DNA of 47,532 nucleotides from Candidatus Nanohalalkaliarchaeum halalkaliphilum (GTDB taxonomy: Archaea; Nanohalarchaeota; Nanosalinia; Nanosalinales; Nanohalalkaliarchaeaceae): NCBI GenBank assembly GCA_022729315.1, contig JALDAF010000002.1, positions 1-47,532 on the forward strand. Direction: 5' to 3'. The notes beneath the pieces are model-generated. The model saw only the letters and a program-made list of their open reading frames with translations, was not told the origin of the DNA and searched no databases. Of the stretch, positions 20,301-30,123 are shown in pieces (within the stretch, counting starts at the first letter, position 1; each line of letters begins with the position of its first letter). The translations under genes and the position numbers were made by a program.

Positions 20301-21038
20301 CTATGCCTCCGCACTGGCCCAGACCAGTTCGAAGTAGCTCATGAAACTGTCCGCGGCCTGTCTGTCCTTGATCATGATGACGAGCGGGTTGTCGATCCAG
20401 AAGATGATGCCGACCCTGGAGCCGTAGATGCACATGGAGACACTTGATTTGTATCCTTCCGGCAGGTACCGGTGTTCGATCGGTTCGTGTTCACCGACCA
20501 TGCCGCGCATCCGGTGCTCGAACACGCCCTTGATCTTGATGCCGTTTTCCTGTCGTTTCTTCGTCCACGTGGGTAGAAAGTACTGCAGGATATCTTCGGA
20601 TTCTTCCGGCGATCCGATGAGGTAGATGGTCTCTCCTTCCCGGAGCTCATCGTTAAACAGGTGCTTGATCCCTTCCTTGCCCTGCAGAACTTTCACGTCC
20701 CGTTCATCCTGTTCCGCGGTAAAGTGTGCCATCAGGTCCGGCAGGACCGCGTCCACCCGTTCCTCCAGCTCCGTGAGATCTGCACGTTTCTCCTCGATCA
20801 GTTCCTGCAACCGCTCCGGGTTCGTCGCCTCGTACACCCGACGGTTCTCCTCATCCACGTAGCTGACCAGTCCCTTCTCTGTCAGCGACTCCATCACGTC
20901 GTACGCCAGCCGACGGTGAACGCCTGCCTTCTTCGAAACCGCGGAGGCCGTGTCCGCACCGTTCCGCAGCAACGTCATATACACGGTGGACTCTGACTCC
21001 GTCAGATCCATGTCCGCCAGTACCTCCTCCGGCTCCAT
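20301..21038 (-). CDS. trmB: TrmB-family transcriptional regulator
   Basis: N-terminal wHTH (LTESE..VY..LL, Y..MESL.EKGLV) plus effector-binding domain; lies among glycolytic genes. Confidence 0.85.
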   Translation of the reverse strand: MEPEEVLADMDLTESESTVYMTLLRNGADTASAVSKKAGVHRRLAYDVMESLTEKGLVSYVDEENRRVYEATNPERLQELIEEKRADLTELEERVDAVLPDLMAHFTAEQDERDVKVLQGKEGIKHLFNDELREGETIYLIGSPEESEDILQYFLPTWTKKRQENGIKIKGVFEHRMRGMVGEHEPIEHRYLPEGYKSSVSMCIYGSRVGIIFWIDNPLVIMIKDRQAADSFMSYFELVWASAEA

Positions 21039-21146
21039 ACGTTCACATACGGCGTAATCCTTAAGGCGGTTTGGTGCACGCCGTGTGGTATACTGTCTAC
21101 ACTACACACCTTGACGTTCTCCCGGCACCCAGTCTACATTGTAACG

Positions 21147-22154
21147 ATGGTCGCTGACGGTTATGGACAGCACCCGGATCACGAGACATCTGCACAAACC
21201 GTGGATGATGATGATACAACTGCTGTGACGGCGATCGGTGAACTGGTCGCAGACCATGTGGTGCCACTGGACGATGTTGACCGCCGGTACCGTGAGATGT
21301 GGCAGGATGAGGACTGGTTCCCTGCCGCCGGTGAAAGTATCGTTGCGGAGGATGTCCCCGCGTACCTCAACGAATTTGTCGTGGAAACATATCCCGGTGG
21401 GCGCGGACCGAACCAGGCCGTTTCCGCCGCACTTAGCGGTGCAAACACGTCTTTTTACGGGATGGTCGGACCCGGCGGCGATCCACTTCTCGACGAACTT
21501 GCGGAACATGGCGTGGATGTCGGTGACGTGGCGTACGATGCAGCCAAAGAAGAGAGCACCTGTTACGTGATGGTCGAGGATGACGGAGAAAACCGGATCG
21601 CGTTCATGCGCGGCACCAACAGCGCACCCACTCGGGACTACCTTGATGAGCGTGTTTCGAGCACAAGTGCGGACTACCTCCTGCTTCACAACGGCGATCC
21701 CGCGGACACCATCAAACGAGTGCTTGACACTGTCGAGGAACAGGAGGAGGGACCGTCAGTCATATTCGACCCGGCGCCCGTGGACGGTGCGGACCAGTGG
21801 CTTGACTACGACTGCGTCGACATCGTGACACCGAACGAGGTGGAGTACGCGGCGCTCGATGACGTGCTTGGTGACTACGATGGCACCGTGATACAGACCA
21901 GTGCAGACGGAGCCACCGTGGACACAGGACATGACCGGTACCACGTATCGTCGCCGGAGGTGGACGTGGTGGACACGACCGGGGCCGGAGACACGTTGAA
22001 CGGATACCTGGCAGGATGCCTTTCACAGGGAGCCACCACGGAGGAAGCTGTTACGTACGCGGTGTATGCCGCCTCCCTCTCTGTCACGCGGGAGGGTGCG
22101 CAGCCATCGATGCCGGCGCTCGAGGAGGTCGAACGGTTCATGGATGGAGGATAG
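21147..22154 (+). CDS. PfkB-family carbohydrate kinase (ribokinase-like)
   Basis: PGG.G.NQA, DPAP, TPNEVE, VDTTGAGD; start uncertain. Confidence 0.88.
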   Translation: MVADGYGQHPDHETSAQTVDDDDTTAVTAIGELVADHVVPLDDVDRRYREMWQDEDWFPAAGESIVAEDVPAYLNEFVVETYPGGRGPNQAVSAALSGANTSFYGMVGPGGDPLLDELAEHGVDVGDVAYDAAKEESTCYVMVEDDGENRIAFMRGTNSAPTRDYLDERVSSTSADYLLLHNGDPADTIKRVLDTVEEQEEGPSVIFDPAPVDGADQWLDYDCVDIVTPNEVEYAALDDVLGDYDGTVIQTSADGATVDTGHDRYHVSSPEVDVVDTTGAGDTLNGYLAGCLSQGATTEEAVTYAVYAASLSVTREGAQPSMPALEEVERFMDGG

Positions 22155-22180
22155 GCAGGATATTGCTTTTCCCTCCGATA

Positions 22181-23641
22181 TCATCCACCGTTTGATGGCG
22201 GTTCATCGTCCACCGGATCGTCAGAAACCGATCCATCGGCACCGTTTTGCATCTGTTGCGGCCCCGGTTCCGGCGGTTGATTGACCGCTGCACCGAACTC
22301 TTCGAACACGTCTTCAATAAGGTCAACGAACTCACGGTTGAGCGAGTCGAACGCATCCGGATCCTCTGCCTCGATGGTGATACGGATTTTTGGGGTGGTG
22401 TTGGATGCACGGATAAGCACCCATCCCTTCTCCTTATCAACCCGGACGCCATCCATCGTATTCGTATGCTGGTATTCATGTGTGATGATGTCCTGCAGTG
22501 CGTTCATGACGGCAAACTTGTCTCGCGGCGGTACACGGTACGACATCCGCCCCTGGTAGTAGTGTGGGAGATTGTCCACAACGAGTGACAGCGGCTGGTC
22601 AAGCCTGGAGACAACCTCTGCCAGGTACAGCGAGGTTGCGATCCCATCGTCCATCGGAAGGACATGCGGAACCCCGATATGCCCGGATTTCTCCACGCCA
22701 AGACAGGCACTGTGCTCCCGCATGGCCTTGAACAGGTAGGTATGTCCTACCCGGACCCGTATCACGTCCTTTCCGTACTGTCCGGCCACGTGCTCCAGCA
22801 AACGGGAACATTCGACGTTCGCCACGACAGGACCGTCCCACCGTTCCGCGATCTGCTGCAGGAGAACTGCGCCCAGCTGCTCGGAGCTGAGCAACCGCCC
22901 GTTCCCATCTACAGCTGCCACCCTATCCGCATCACCATCGTAGGCGATGCCGACATCGTGATCGCCTTCCTGCATCCTCACCCTGAGTTCTGCCAGCGAA
23001 TCCTTTGTCACATCAGACCCGCGCTTAGGGAACATGCCATCCGGTGTATCATTGATGACGGTCGTCTTGGCACCTGCCTCGTTAAAGAGTAACGGGGCAA
23101 CGATACTGGCACTACCATTCCCACAGTCCATCAACACGTCGACATCACCGATATCAACCTGTGAACGCAGATACTTTTTGTACTGGTCGACAGCCTCCAC
23201 AGTTTGCTCCTCCCCCATCCGGTTCGCGAGGCCTTCCTCCTGGTAGAACGCGTCGCGTATTGCCATGTTTGCTTCCTCGGAGTAGCCGACACCGGTTCCA
23301 TCAGCGAACTTGACGCCGTTCCATCCCGGCGGCAGATGGGATGCGGTAATATACGCGGTGCGGACACCATCCTGCCAGCCTTTATAGAGAACCACGCCAT
23401 ACGGGGCCATACCAACATCCTTCATAGTCATCCCGGCTTTCCGGGCACCCTGCTTGAACGCATCAGAAAACTCCGGACTCGACGTGCGGACGTCATGACC
23501 GATCAATGCGGTATGTTCACCGTGTTCACGCATACTCTGGGCGGCGAACGCGTATCCGATCCGCTCCATCACGTTCGGCGTCAACTCTTCACCGGTTTTC
23601 CCTCGGATATCATATGCGCGGAAGATATGGTCGAGCGACAT
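22181..23641 (-). CDS. Phosphomannomutase/phosphoglucomutase
   Basis: IFRAYDIRG, ITASHLP..WNG, DGDADR, EKSGH, RASNT.P; start moved to ATG 23641. Confidence 0.93.
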   Translation of the reverse strand: MSLDHIFRAYDIRGKTGEELTPNVMERIGYAFAAQSMREHGEHTALIGHDVRTSSPEFSDAFKQGARKAGMTMKDVGMAPYGVVLYKGWQDGVRTAYITASHLPPGWNGVKFADGTGVGYSEEANMAIRDAFYQEEGLANRMGEEQTVEAVDQYKKYLRSQVDIGDVDVLMDCGNGSASIVAPLLFNEAGAKTTVINDTPDGMFPKRGSDVTKDSLAELRVRMQEGDHDVGIAYDGDADRVAAVDGNGRLLSSEQLGAVLLQQIAERWDGPVVANVECSRLLEHVAGQYGKDVIRVRVGHTYLFKAMREHSACLGVEKSGHIGVPHVLPMDDGIATSLYLAEVVSRLDQPLSLVVDNLPHYYQGRMSYRVPPRDKFAVMNALQDIITHEYQHTNTMDGVRVDKEKGWVLIRASNTTPKIRITIEAEDPDAFDSLNREFVDLIEDVFEEFGAAVNQPPEPGPQQMQNGADGSVSDDPVDDEPPSNGG

Positions 23642-23990
23642 ACCACACTCTTCTTCGAGAGGCTTAAATAAATCTATGGCGCCCACCCCCATTCAAGTAC
23701 CCCCTCCTTCTCAACCCCAAAACACCGCGAGCCGATACTAGCAGGCTGAACGGCATCGAAACGCCTCTAAACACCGGATCCGATGATCAAGGCGCTTGCG
23801 GACACTGCGGCCATCCAGGATAGTCGGCGTATAACCAGTTTATAACGGTGAAACGGGAGGAATGGAATGAGTACACGCCCCCTATGACGTCGTGGGAACA
23901 TGACGCGTACCTCCATACGTACTAGTAAAGTATCTGCACCGGAGATTTCCGTGAATCCAGTACGATTTATTAATCTCGAAGACTGGAGTC

Positions 23991-24542
23991 ATGGTTATGG
24001 CTGATGAAGGCCCTGTTGAGGGAAAGCTTCTGCAGAACCGGGTACGTGTCTGGGAGAACCAGGAGGAGCTGCATAGCGAACTGTACTACGGAAAGATGAT
24101 CGACGACTACCTGGAACTGTCGCTGGTGGAAACCCTGCACCTCGTTGACCGTGACGAACTCCTGGTACACGAGGACGATGACGAGCTGTCCCGCGAAGAA
24201 CTGTTCGACCGGTTTACCGGGGTTGACGACGAGTTCCCACAGAAGTACGCTGTGTACAGCGATCTCCGGGAGCGCGGCTACATCCTCAAATCCGGGTTCA
24301 AGTTTGGCACGCATTTCCGCGTATACCCGCGTGGCGTGAACCCGTACAAGGAGGGGCCGAAGACACAGAAAGAGCATACGAAATGGGTGGTGCACGCCGT
24401 TCCCGAAAACCATACGTTCACCTACCAGGAGATGTCACGCGCGGTGCGGCTCGCCCAGAATATCCGGGCAACCATGCTCTGGGGGATCGTGGACACAGAG
24501 AACGAGGTCACGTACTATCGCATCGATCGGATCACCCCCTGA
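23991..24542 (+). CDS. endA: tRNA-splicing endonuclease, single catalytic unit
   Basis: LSLVE.LHL, Y.VY.DLRERGY..KSGFKFG..FRVY, catalytic His in EHTKW. Confidence 0.92.
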   Translation: MVMADEGPVEGKLLQNRVRVWENQEELHSELYYGKMIDDYLELSLVETLHLVDRDELLVHEDDDELSREELFDRFTGVDDEFPQKYAVYSDLRERGYILKSGFKFGTHFRVYPRGVNPYKEGPKTQKEHTKWVVHAVPENHTFTYQEMSRAVRLAQNIRATMLWGIVDTENEVTYYRIDRITP

Positions 24543-24620
24543 TCAGATACGAGCTACCGCATCGATCGGATCACACCCTGATCAGATACGAGCTACCGCA
24601 TCGATCGGATCACACCATAA
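24516..24620 (+). repeat. 39-bp tandem repeat (~2.7 copies) reiterating the endA 3' end and stop codon
   Basis: CGCATCGATCGGATCAC(C/A)CCCTGATCAGATACGAGCTAC at 24519 and 24558, partial third copy at 24597 ending in TAA. Confidence 0.95.
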
Positions 24621-24656
24621 TAAGTATTATGTAGGAGCTCCGCCAAACCTTACTGT

Positions 24657-26552
24657 ATGCATCGGCGCGGGGTGTCCGAACTTGTTTCTCTCGTGTTTTT
24701 TATCGCGATAGTGGTCGTGGCGATCGGTATTACGTTGAACATCGCGCTTCCTCACATCGATCGGATGGAGGACACGGCATCCATACAGAACAGTATCACG
24801 TTCCTCACCGAACTCGATAGCGCGATACAGGAGGTTGCCACAACCGGGCAGTACAGCAGCCGAACCGTCAGTGTCCGGTTCCAGGACGGACAGTACCGGT
24901 TTGACTCCGACCAGGGACTGTTTTACTATGAGATCGACACGGATTCGGCCCTCGTCTCCGCCCATGGAACACAGCGGCAGGGACCGGTCGAACTCACCGC
25001 CAATGCAGACATCTCGGTAACACAGGAATCTGTGAACGGTGTAGACTGCCATATGATGGAGAACCAGTACCTGGAAGCCTGTATCCGGTACATCCCGGAG
25101 ACGTTCGATCCAGATGATCATCCCAGTCTGATCGGATACTGGCGACTGGAGGAGGAAACCGGCCAGTGGACGAACGACTCCTCTCGCTATAGCAATGATG
25201 CCGCTGTCGTGGACGATCCAGAACGTGGAGAGCCCGGCGTTTGGAGCAATGCTTGGGGTATCGGCGGTGACAGCAGCCCCATCGGATATGGAGAGACCGA
25301 TATCGACTACGAGGGGAGTTTTACAGTCAGTGTGTGGGTACAGGCAGATCCTGAAGGAACGAATGATGATCCCAGACAGGCATTTTTTTCATCCTCTGAC
25401 GACTTCACCCTGGATGGATCATTCCAGTTAGATACGGATGGTGACGGGAATCTGACCACTGCCGCGGAAGGCGGCGGAGAGGAAACATCTGTCGTATTCG
25501 GAGAGATTACTGAAGGCGAGTGGCAGCATGTGACGCTGGTCTCGGACCTGGAAAACGGAGTGGTTCGAGGATATCTGGATGGTGTAGAGGTGCATAACGA
25601 AGAAGTCAGTGAAGACGATACGTTCGCAAATTTCACCGAGGTCGGGATCGGGATCAACAGGGGCCGTACCTGGGCGTTCGAAGGATGGGTAGACGAGGTC
25701 CGTGTCTACAACCGGTCCCTGACCGCGGAGGAGATCCGGTGGCTGTACCTGCAGCGCGGTGATCTGCAGTACGTGAACACGAGTGAACTGGTGGTCCACC
25801 TGCACAACAAGCAGACGGATGAAACGCTGGACGGTGTGATCGATACGTATGTAAACAATTTTGAGACGACGCGGGAGGGACGTGGCCACACCGAACCGGA
25901 TAACATCGGTGGAAGCCTTGGACAGGGACTGATAACGGCCAATATTTCGACCGATGAGGGGCAGTATGATGTCGATTACCGGTTGTTGAGCGGTGCTGAT
26001 TTCCTGACGTTGGAAAGTGCCGGGGATCAGGTAACGGCAGGACTCGACTTTATTGTGGACGATGCGGACAGCGATACCGTGTATGTTGGTGGAGAGCAAA
26101 ATCCTTCGCCAGGTGTGTATACAGCGGATGATGGTATTTCATACGGTTATGGTGTTGCAGAGGGCACGGAGATGATCGCCGGTATCGTTGCAGGGTCCGG
26201 GTTCGATCAGATCGCGTACAGTGATACCGGTGAGGCACATGCGATAACCATAACGGATGATGGACGCAGCACGTTCCTCGTACCGTTCACAGACGGGACG
26301 CATGCGGATATCAGGAACCGGGAATCATTGATACATGGAGGCGTGTATGGTGCAAACCGGTTGTTCGACTATCCGTCACCGAACTTTGCCTCCGCTTTGA
26401 CCGATGAGCGAACAGTCCGGGCGTCGCTATCCTATGATACGATCCATCTGTCGGGGCGGGACCGGATCCTGTCTCCCGGAACCTACCAGTTACACGTTGA
26501 GAACCACGGTGCCGTGGACGGCAGGGCAAACGTATCGGTAACAGTCAGATAA
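24657..26552 (+). CDS. Class III signal-peptide (pilin-like) protein with LamG/ConA-like domain
   Basis: MHRRG|VSELVSLVFFIAIV; LIGYWRLEE...DSS, FTVSVWV, WQHVTLV, YLDG, FEGWVDEVRVYNRSLTAEEI..LY. Confidence 0.88.
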   Translation: MHRRGVSELVSLVFFIAIVVVAIGITLNIALPHIDRMEDTASIQNSITFLTELDSAIQEVATTGQYSSRTVSVRFQDGQYRFDSDQGLFYYEIDTDSALVSAHGTQRQGPVELTANADISVTQESVNGVDCHMMENQYLEACIRYIPETFDPDDHPSLIGYWRLEEETGQWTNDSSRYSNDAAVVDDPERGEPGVWSNAWGIGGDSSPIGYGETDIDYEGSFTVSVWVQADPEGTNDDPRQAFFSSSDDFTLDGSFQLDTDGDGNLTTAAEGGGEETSVVFGEITEGEWQHVTLVSDLENGVVRGYLDGVEVHNEEVSEDDTFANFTEVGIGINRGRTWAFEGWVDEVRVYNRSLTAEEIRWLYLQRGDLQYVNTSELVVHLHNKQTDETLDGVIDTYVNNFETTREGRGHTEPDNIGGSLGQGLITANISTDEGQYDVDYRLLSGADFLTLESAGDQVTAGLDFIVDDADSDTVYVGGEQNPSPGVYTADDGISYGYGVAEGTEMIAGIVAGSGFDQIAYSDTGEAHAITITDDGRSTFLVPFTDGTHADIRNRESLIHGGVYGANRLFDYPSPNFASALTDERTVRASLSYDTIHLSGRDRILSPGTYQLHVENHGAVDGRANVSVTVR

Positions 26553-26586
26553 ACATGTCGAACAGTCGGAACAGAGGAGTAACACG

Positions 26587-27855
26587 ATGCAGCGGAACGG
26601 AGTCGCTATCGGTATCAGTATGGCCATCGGCATGGCCATCTTCGTACTCGCCGTTGCATCCACGTTCCTCCTGTTCCAGGACGCACTTTCTCCACAAACC
26701 GGTACCGACCAGCAGACAGGAGCGATCGCCGACACCGCACTCAACCATTTCCAGGACCTGACCGACTGGACACTGTACCGGTCAACGGTTGCCATACACA
26801 GTAGCCACGACATCCCCCATCACCCCCTGGAGATACCGATCGTTCTTCCGGACGGAACCAGCGAGAACACTGTTCTCACGATGCGCGGGAACCGTGAGAT
26901 ACCGTCACAGTACCATGCTGATGATAACACGGTGGTGGTCGTGACAAATACCAGTAGCGGTGTCACAACACTGGACATCGTGCATGCAGAACACGGTGAA
27001 ATCACGCCCCGCCAGTACGACACCGGTCTGGAACGGCAGGAGAACACGACCTGGAACCAGCACATGAACGTCACTGTCAACAGTAACGGATTTACCGATA
27101 TCTCGTTCAAAGACGTTCCATTTTTGGAAGATGCTGCAGATATCGACGTCGATGATACCCCCGTGTTCGATGACGGACCGGTACGGACGCACTTCACGTA
27201 CAGCCAACCGGATGAGACAGCGGTACGTGTGTTTGACCGGTCAGGGCAGATCCGGGTCACTACCGCGTTCACGGGCGAAAAGGACTGGGAGTTCAACCTG
27301 ACAGGTGAGTTTACCGACATGTACGCATCCTCCCAGGACGACACCATAGATCTGGATGACTCCGGCACGCTGTTTTCCGAACCGTCGGATTTCGTCGACT
27401 TCTACGATGACGAGGGACTCGGCATCGCCGGTGACGACCTGTTCGTCACCGTGGAACGTGACACCAGTAACGCCCCGATCCAGGTGACGGTCAACTTCTC
27501 GGATGATGGCGGGGAGAAGGACGTACTGCTGTACGCCCACGACGGAAACTATACTGCGGCACTTCCCGTGGCGAACGCGTTCCTTGAGCCGTATACCGTG
27601 TCCACCGGCGTCCCTGTTTCAGTCACCGGTATCTCCCGGGACAGGGCTGCAGCGATCGAGGAATACGACTATGAAACGGTGCATGATCTTCTGGGGCTGC
27701 GAGGCGCCGACTACAACATCACCGTGGACGGCGTGTTCCAGAAGGGGAGGAACGTTCCGCGTGGTACCGTCCACGTCCACGAGTTTCCAGTACCGGTCGT
27801 TGAACGGTTTGCAAACGCTACGATAACCCATAAACAGATGCGGATCTGGAGATAA
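26587..27855 (+). CDS. Pilin-like protein with large beta-rich inserted domain
   Basis: MQRNG| followed by hydrophobic helix; C-terminal Y...LGL...YNITV. Confidence 0.7.
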   Translation: MQRNGVAIGISMAIGMAIFVLAVASTFLLFQDALSPQTGTDQQTGAIADTALNHFQDLTDWTLYRSTVAIHSSHDIPHHPLEIPIVLPDGTSENTVLTMRGNREIPSQYHADDNTVVVVTNTSSGVTTLDIVHAEHGEITPRQYDTGLERQENTTWNQHMNVTVNSNGFTDISFKDVPFLEDAADIDVDDTPVFDDGPVRTHFTYSQPDETAVRVFDRSGQIRVTTAFTGEKDWEFNLTGEFTDMYASSQDDTIDLDDSGTLFSEPSDFVDFYDDEGLGIAGDDLFVTVERDTSNAPIQVTVNFSDDGGEKDVLLYAHDGNYTAALPVANAFLEPYTVSTGVPVSVTGISRDRAAAIEEYDYETVHDLLGLRGADYNITVDGVFQKGRNVPRGTVHVHEFPVPVVERFANATITHKQMRIWR

Positions 27856-27858
27856 CCC

Positions 27859-28521
27859 ATGTCACGGATACAGAACCGGATCGGTGCGATATACGTGATC
27901 GAGGCGGTGATCGCTGCATTCATCCTGCTGTTCTTCATGCTGGTCCTGACACAGGCGCCGTTACTGGACTCGGGGACAGAGGTGCGGGACAAGACCCCTC
28001 ACGTGATAGACACGCTTGATACCGCAGGAGAGATCGCAGACCCCGCACACCGGCAGGATGTAGACGCTCTCGCCTCGCTTATCCGAGATCATGTTCCACA
28101 CCGTCAGATCGAGGTAGCGCTGCTCACGGTGAACAGCACAACCGGCGAACCTTCGATATTCGCTGATTACAGTCGTACATTCGACGTCACGGAGACCACG
28201 GAATCTGCGGTGTTACGGGTGTGGTACCGGGATGCCACTGCTCCAAACATCAGCATCAACCAGGAACCAGTACTGAACAACACCGGCACGGTACAGGATG
28301 AACAGGCACGGACAGACATCTCGGATCTTGTTGAACCCGGAGAAAACACACTGCATATCGACGTGGCGGACACGTCACAGATCGGGTACAGCATCGAGGT
28401 CTACGACCGTATACGGAGCGGAACCCCGCCACCCGGTGTGAACGTGTTCACCTCGACACATCTCCTGACCGGGACAAACACCAGTTTCCAGCCTGTGGAG
28501 GTGACGGTACTGGCATGGTAG
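27859..28521 (+). CDS. Pilin-like protein, class III signal peptide
   Basis: NRIG|AIYVIEAVIAAFILL; ends in V.VLAW. Confidence 0.72.
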   Translation: MSRIQNRIGAIYVIEAVIAAFILLFFMLVLTQAPLLDSGTEVRDKTPHVIDTLDTAGEIADPAHRQDVDALASLIRDHVPHRQIEVALLTVNSTTGEPSIFADYSRTFDVTETTESAVLRVWYRDATAPNISINQEPVLNNTGTVQDEQARTDISDLVEPGENTLHIDVADTSQIGYSIEVYDRIRSGTPPPGVNVFTSTHLLTGTNTSFQPVEVTVLAW

Positions 28522-29105
28522 TGAACCGGCGGACCGGCCAGTTTTTCATCATCGGCGCACTGCTGATCATCATCCTCCTGGCCGGTATCGCCCTGTTCGA
28601 TGTCGGCGGTATCACCTCACCACAGACCGATACCCCGAAACACCTGTTCGACCAGGCGCTCACCACCTTCCCCCAGATGGTCAACACTGCCATGACAGAG
28701 GACCCTTCCGCCTCACACATGGAACGCCGGGCAGCCACCTACTTCACGTTCCAGAACCACGTGTTCAATACGCACGGACTGGACACGGCGGCCCACACAC
28801 TGATCGGTGTCCCACAGGAAGATGACAGTGTATCGTTCATCCTCGTAAACTTCCGCGGTGTGACCATGGACGATATCGCGGTCACGGCAAACGGTGACAC
28901 ACAGCACCTCTCCTCACTCCCGCATGGAGAAACCGCGCGCATAGAGAAAGAAAACCTCCCGATGACGTTCAATGTCCGGTTAACGTTCGGCGGCGATCAC
29001 CGGTTCAACCATAGCTACTCCGTTGCCAGAGACCAGTACTCCGCCGTCTACCAGTTACGGACCGACGGTGAGGATCAGCGGTGGCAGACCACCAGAACCT
29101 ACTAG
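28515..29105 (+). CDS. Pilin-like protein, class III signal peptide
   Basis: NRRTG|QFFIIGALLIIILL; overlaps previous gene. Confidence 0.75.
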   Translation: MVVNRRTGQFFIIGALLIIILLAGIALFDVGGITSPQTDTPKHLFDQALTTFPQMVNTAMTEDPSASHMERRAATYFTFQNHVFNTHGLDTAAHTLIGVPQEDDSVSFILVNFRGVTMDDIAVTANGDTQHLSSLPHGETARIEKENLPMTFNVRLTFGGDHRFNHSYSVARDQYSAVYQLRTDGEDQRWQTTRTY

Positions 29106-29119
29106 CCTCCGTTACACGG

Positions 29120-30028
29120 TTAGAACCGGCGGACACGATGGCCGAACGGGGCGCCTACCTGCCGCATACGGTTTGATGCTCCGCTGAACCTGTCTCTCCA
29201 CCGGTACGCGAAGAACAGGCCCGCAAGCAGACCGGACAGGTGACCGGTACTCGCAAATATCTCCAGTACCGGGATCGTTCCCAGCCATGGTACTGCCTGA
29301 GTCACCACGTTGATCACGTCAAGCGTGGCGAAGAATATGATCGCGGTACGGATACTGAGCGGAACGATGAAAAACGCAAGAACCCGGATATCCGGACGGA
29401 GCACAGCCAAAAACGCTACCATGCCGTACAGTGCACCGGAGAACCCGACCGCTTCACCCACACCGAGGAACGGCGCGGTAAGCGTGAACCCGACCGATGA
29501 TGCGATACCGGCGATGATCAACAGTTTCAAGAACCGTTCCCGTCCCAGCATCCGCTCGGCTTCAACACCGAACGAGAACAGCACGATCGAGTTGACGAGG
29601 AGGTGCGCGAAATTGGCGTGGAGGAACATGGATGTGACGATACGCCACACCTCGAAGTCCCAGAGAACAGCCTGTGCATCAAGTTCAAACGCACGGACAA
29701 ACCCCGGGATCGATACTTCCAACGCATACACTACGAACAGGACACCCAGCAGCATGTAGGTGACCGGGATATCTGATGGGAGTAGCGTGTCCAGCAGTGA
29801 GGACGAGCGCTGTGGTTTCCGGGTTTCAACGTCCACCTCACTCCTGTCCCGGTTCCGGTTCACGGTGTATCCGATCCGTCCCTGCTCATGTGACTGCTCT
29901 TTGTACTGCTCCAACCCATTGCAGTCATGGTTCTCCGGCAGGCGATGTGCTGAACAGAACGACTGTTCGCAGAACTTGCAGGTGAACGGCATCGACGTCC
30001 TTGTTTTACACTGTGAACATTCCACCAT
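29120..30028 (-). CDS. Rhomboid intramembrane serine protease with AN1 zinc finger
   Basis: C..C...C..C...FC..HRLPE.H.C; WR..TSMFLH...HL..N, GFSG, GHLSG. Confidence 0.92.
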   Translation of the reverse strand: MVECSQCKTRTSMPFTCKFCEQSFCSAHRLPENHDCNGLEQYKEQSHEQGRIGYTVNRNRDRSEVDVETRKPQRSSSLLDTLLPSDIPVTYMLLGVLFVVYALEVSIPGFVRAFELDAQAVLWDFEVWRIVTSMFLHANFAHLLVNSIVLFSFGVEAERMLGRERFLKLLIIAGIASSVGFTLTAPFLGVGEAVGFSGALYGMVAFLAVLRPDIRVLAFFIVPLSIRTAIIFFATLDVINVVTQAVPWLGTIPVLEIFASTGHLSGLLAGLFFAYRWRDRFSGASNRMRQVGAPFGHRVRRF

Positions 30029-30123
30029 GATACATCCTCAATTCCACTGGGTACTCGTTTACTTTACTGTAGCGGATGACTGTACACTACCCAGTCCATC
30101 CCAATCCTTTACGGTACTACTGA

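Noticed and set aside
23830..23862. Replication origin (ORB-like GTGAAACGGGAGG)
   Set aside because: Single weak match, no inverted partner or adjacent orc1/cdc6
24516..24620. CRISPR array
   Set aside because: Contiguous tandem units with no unique spacers, derived from the endA coding end; no cas genes
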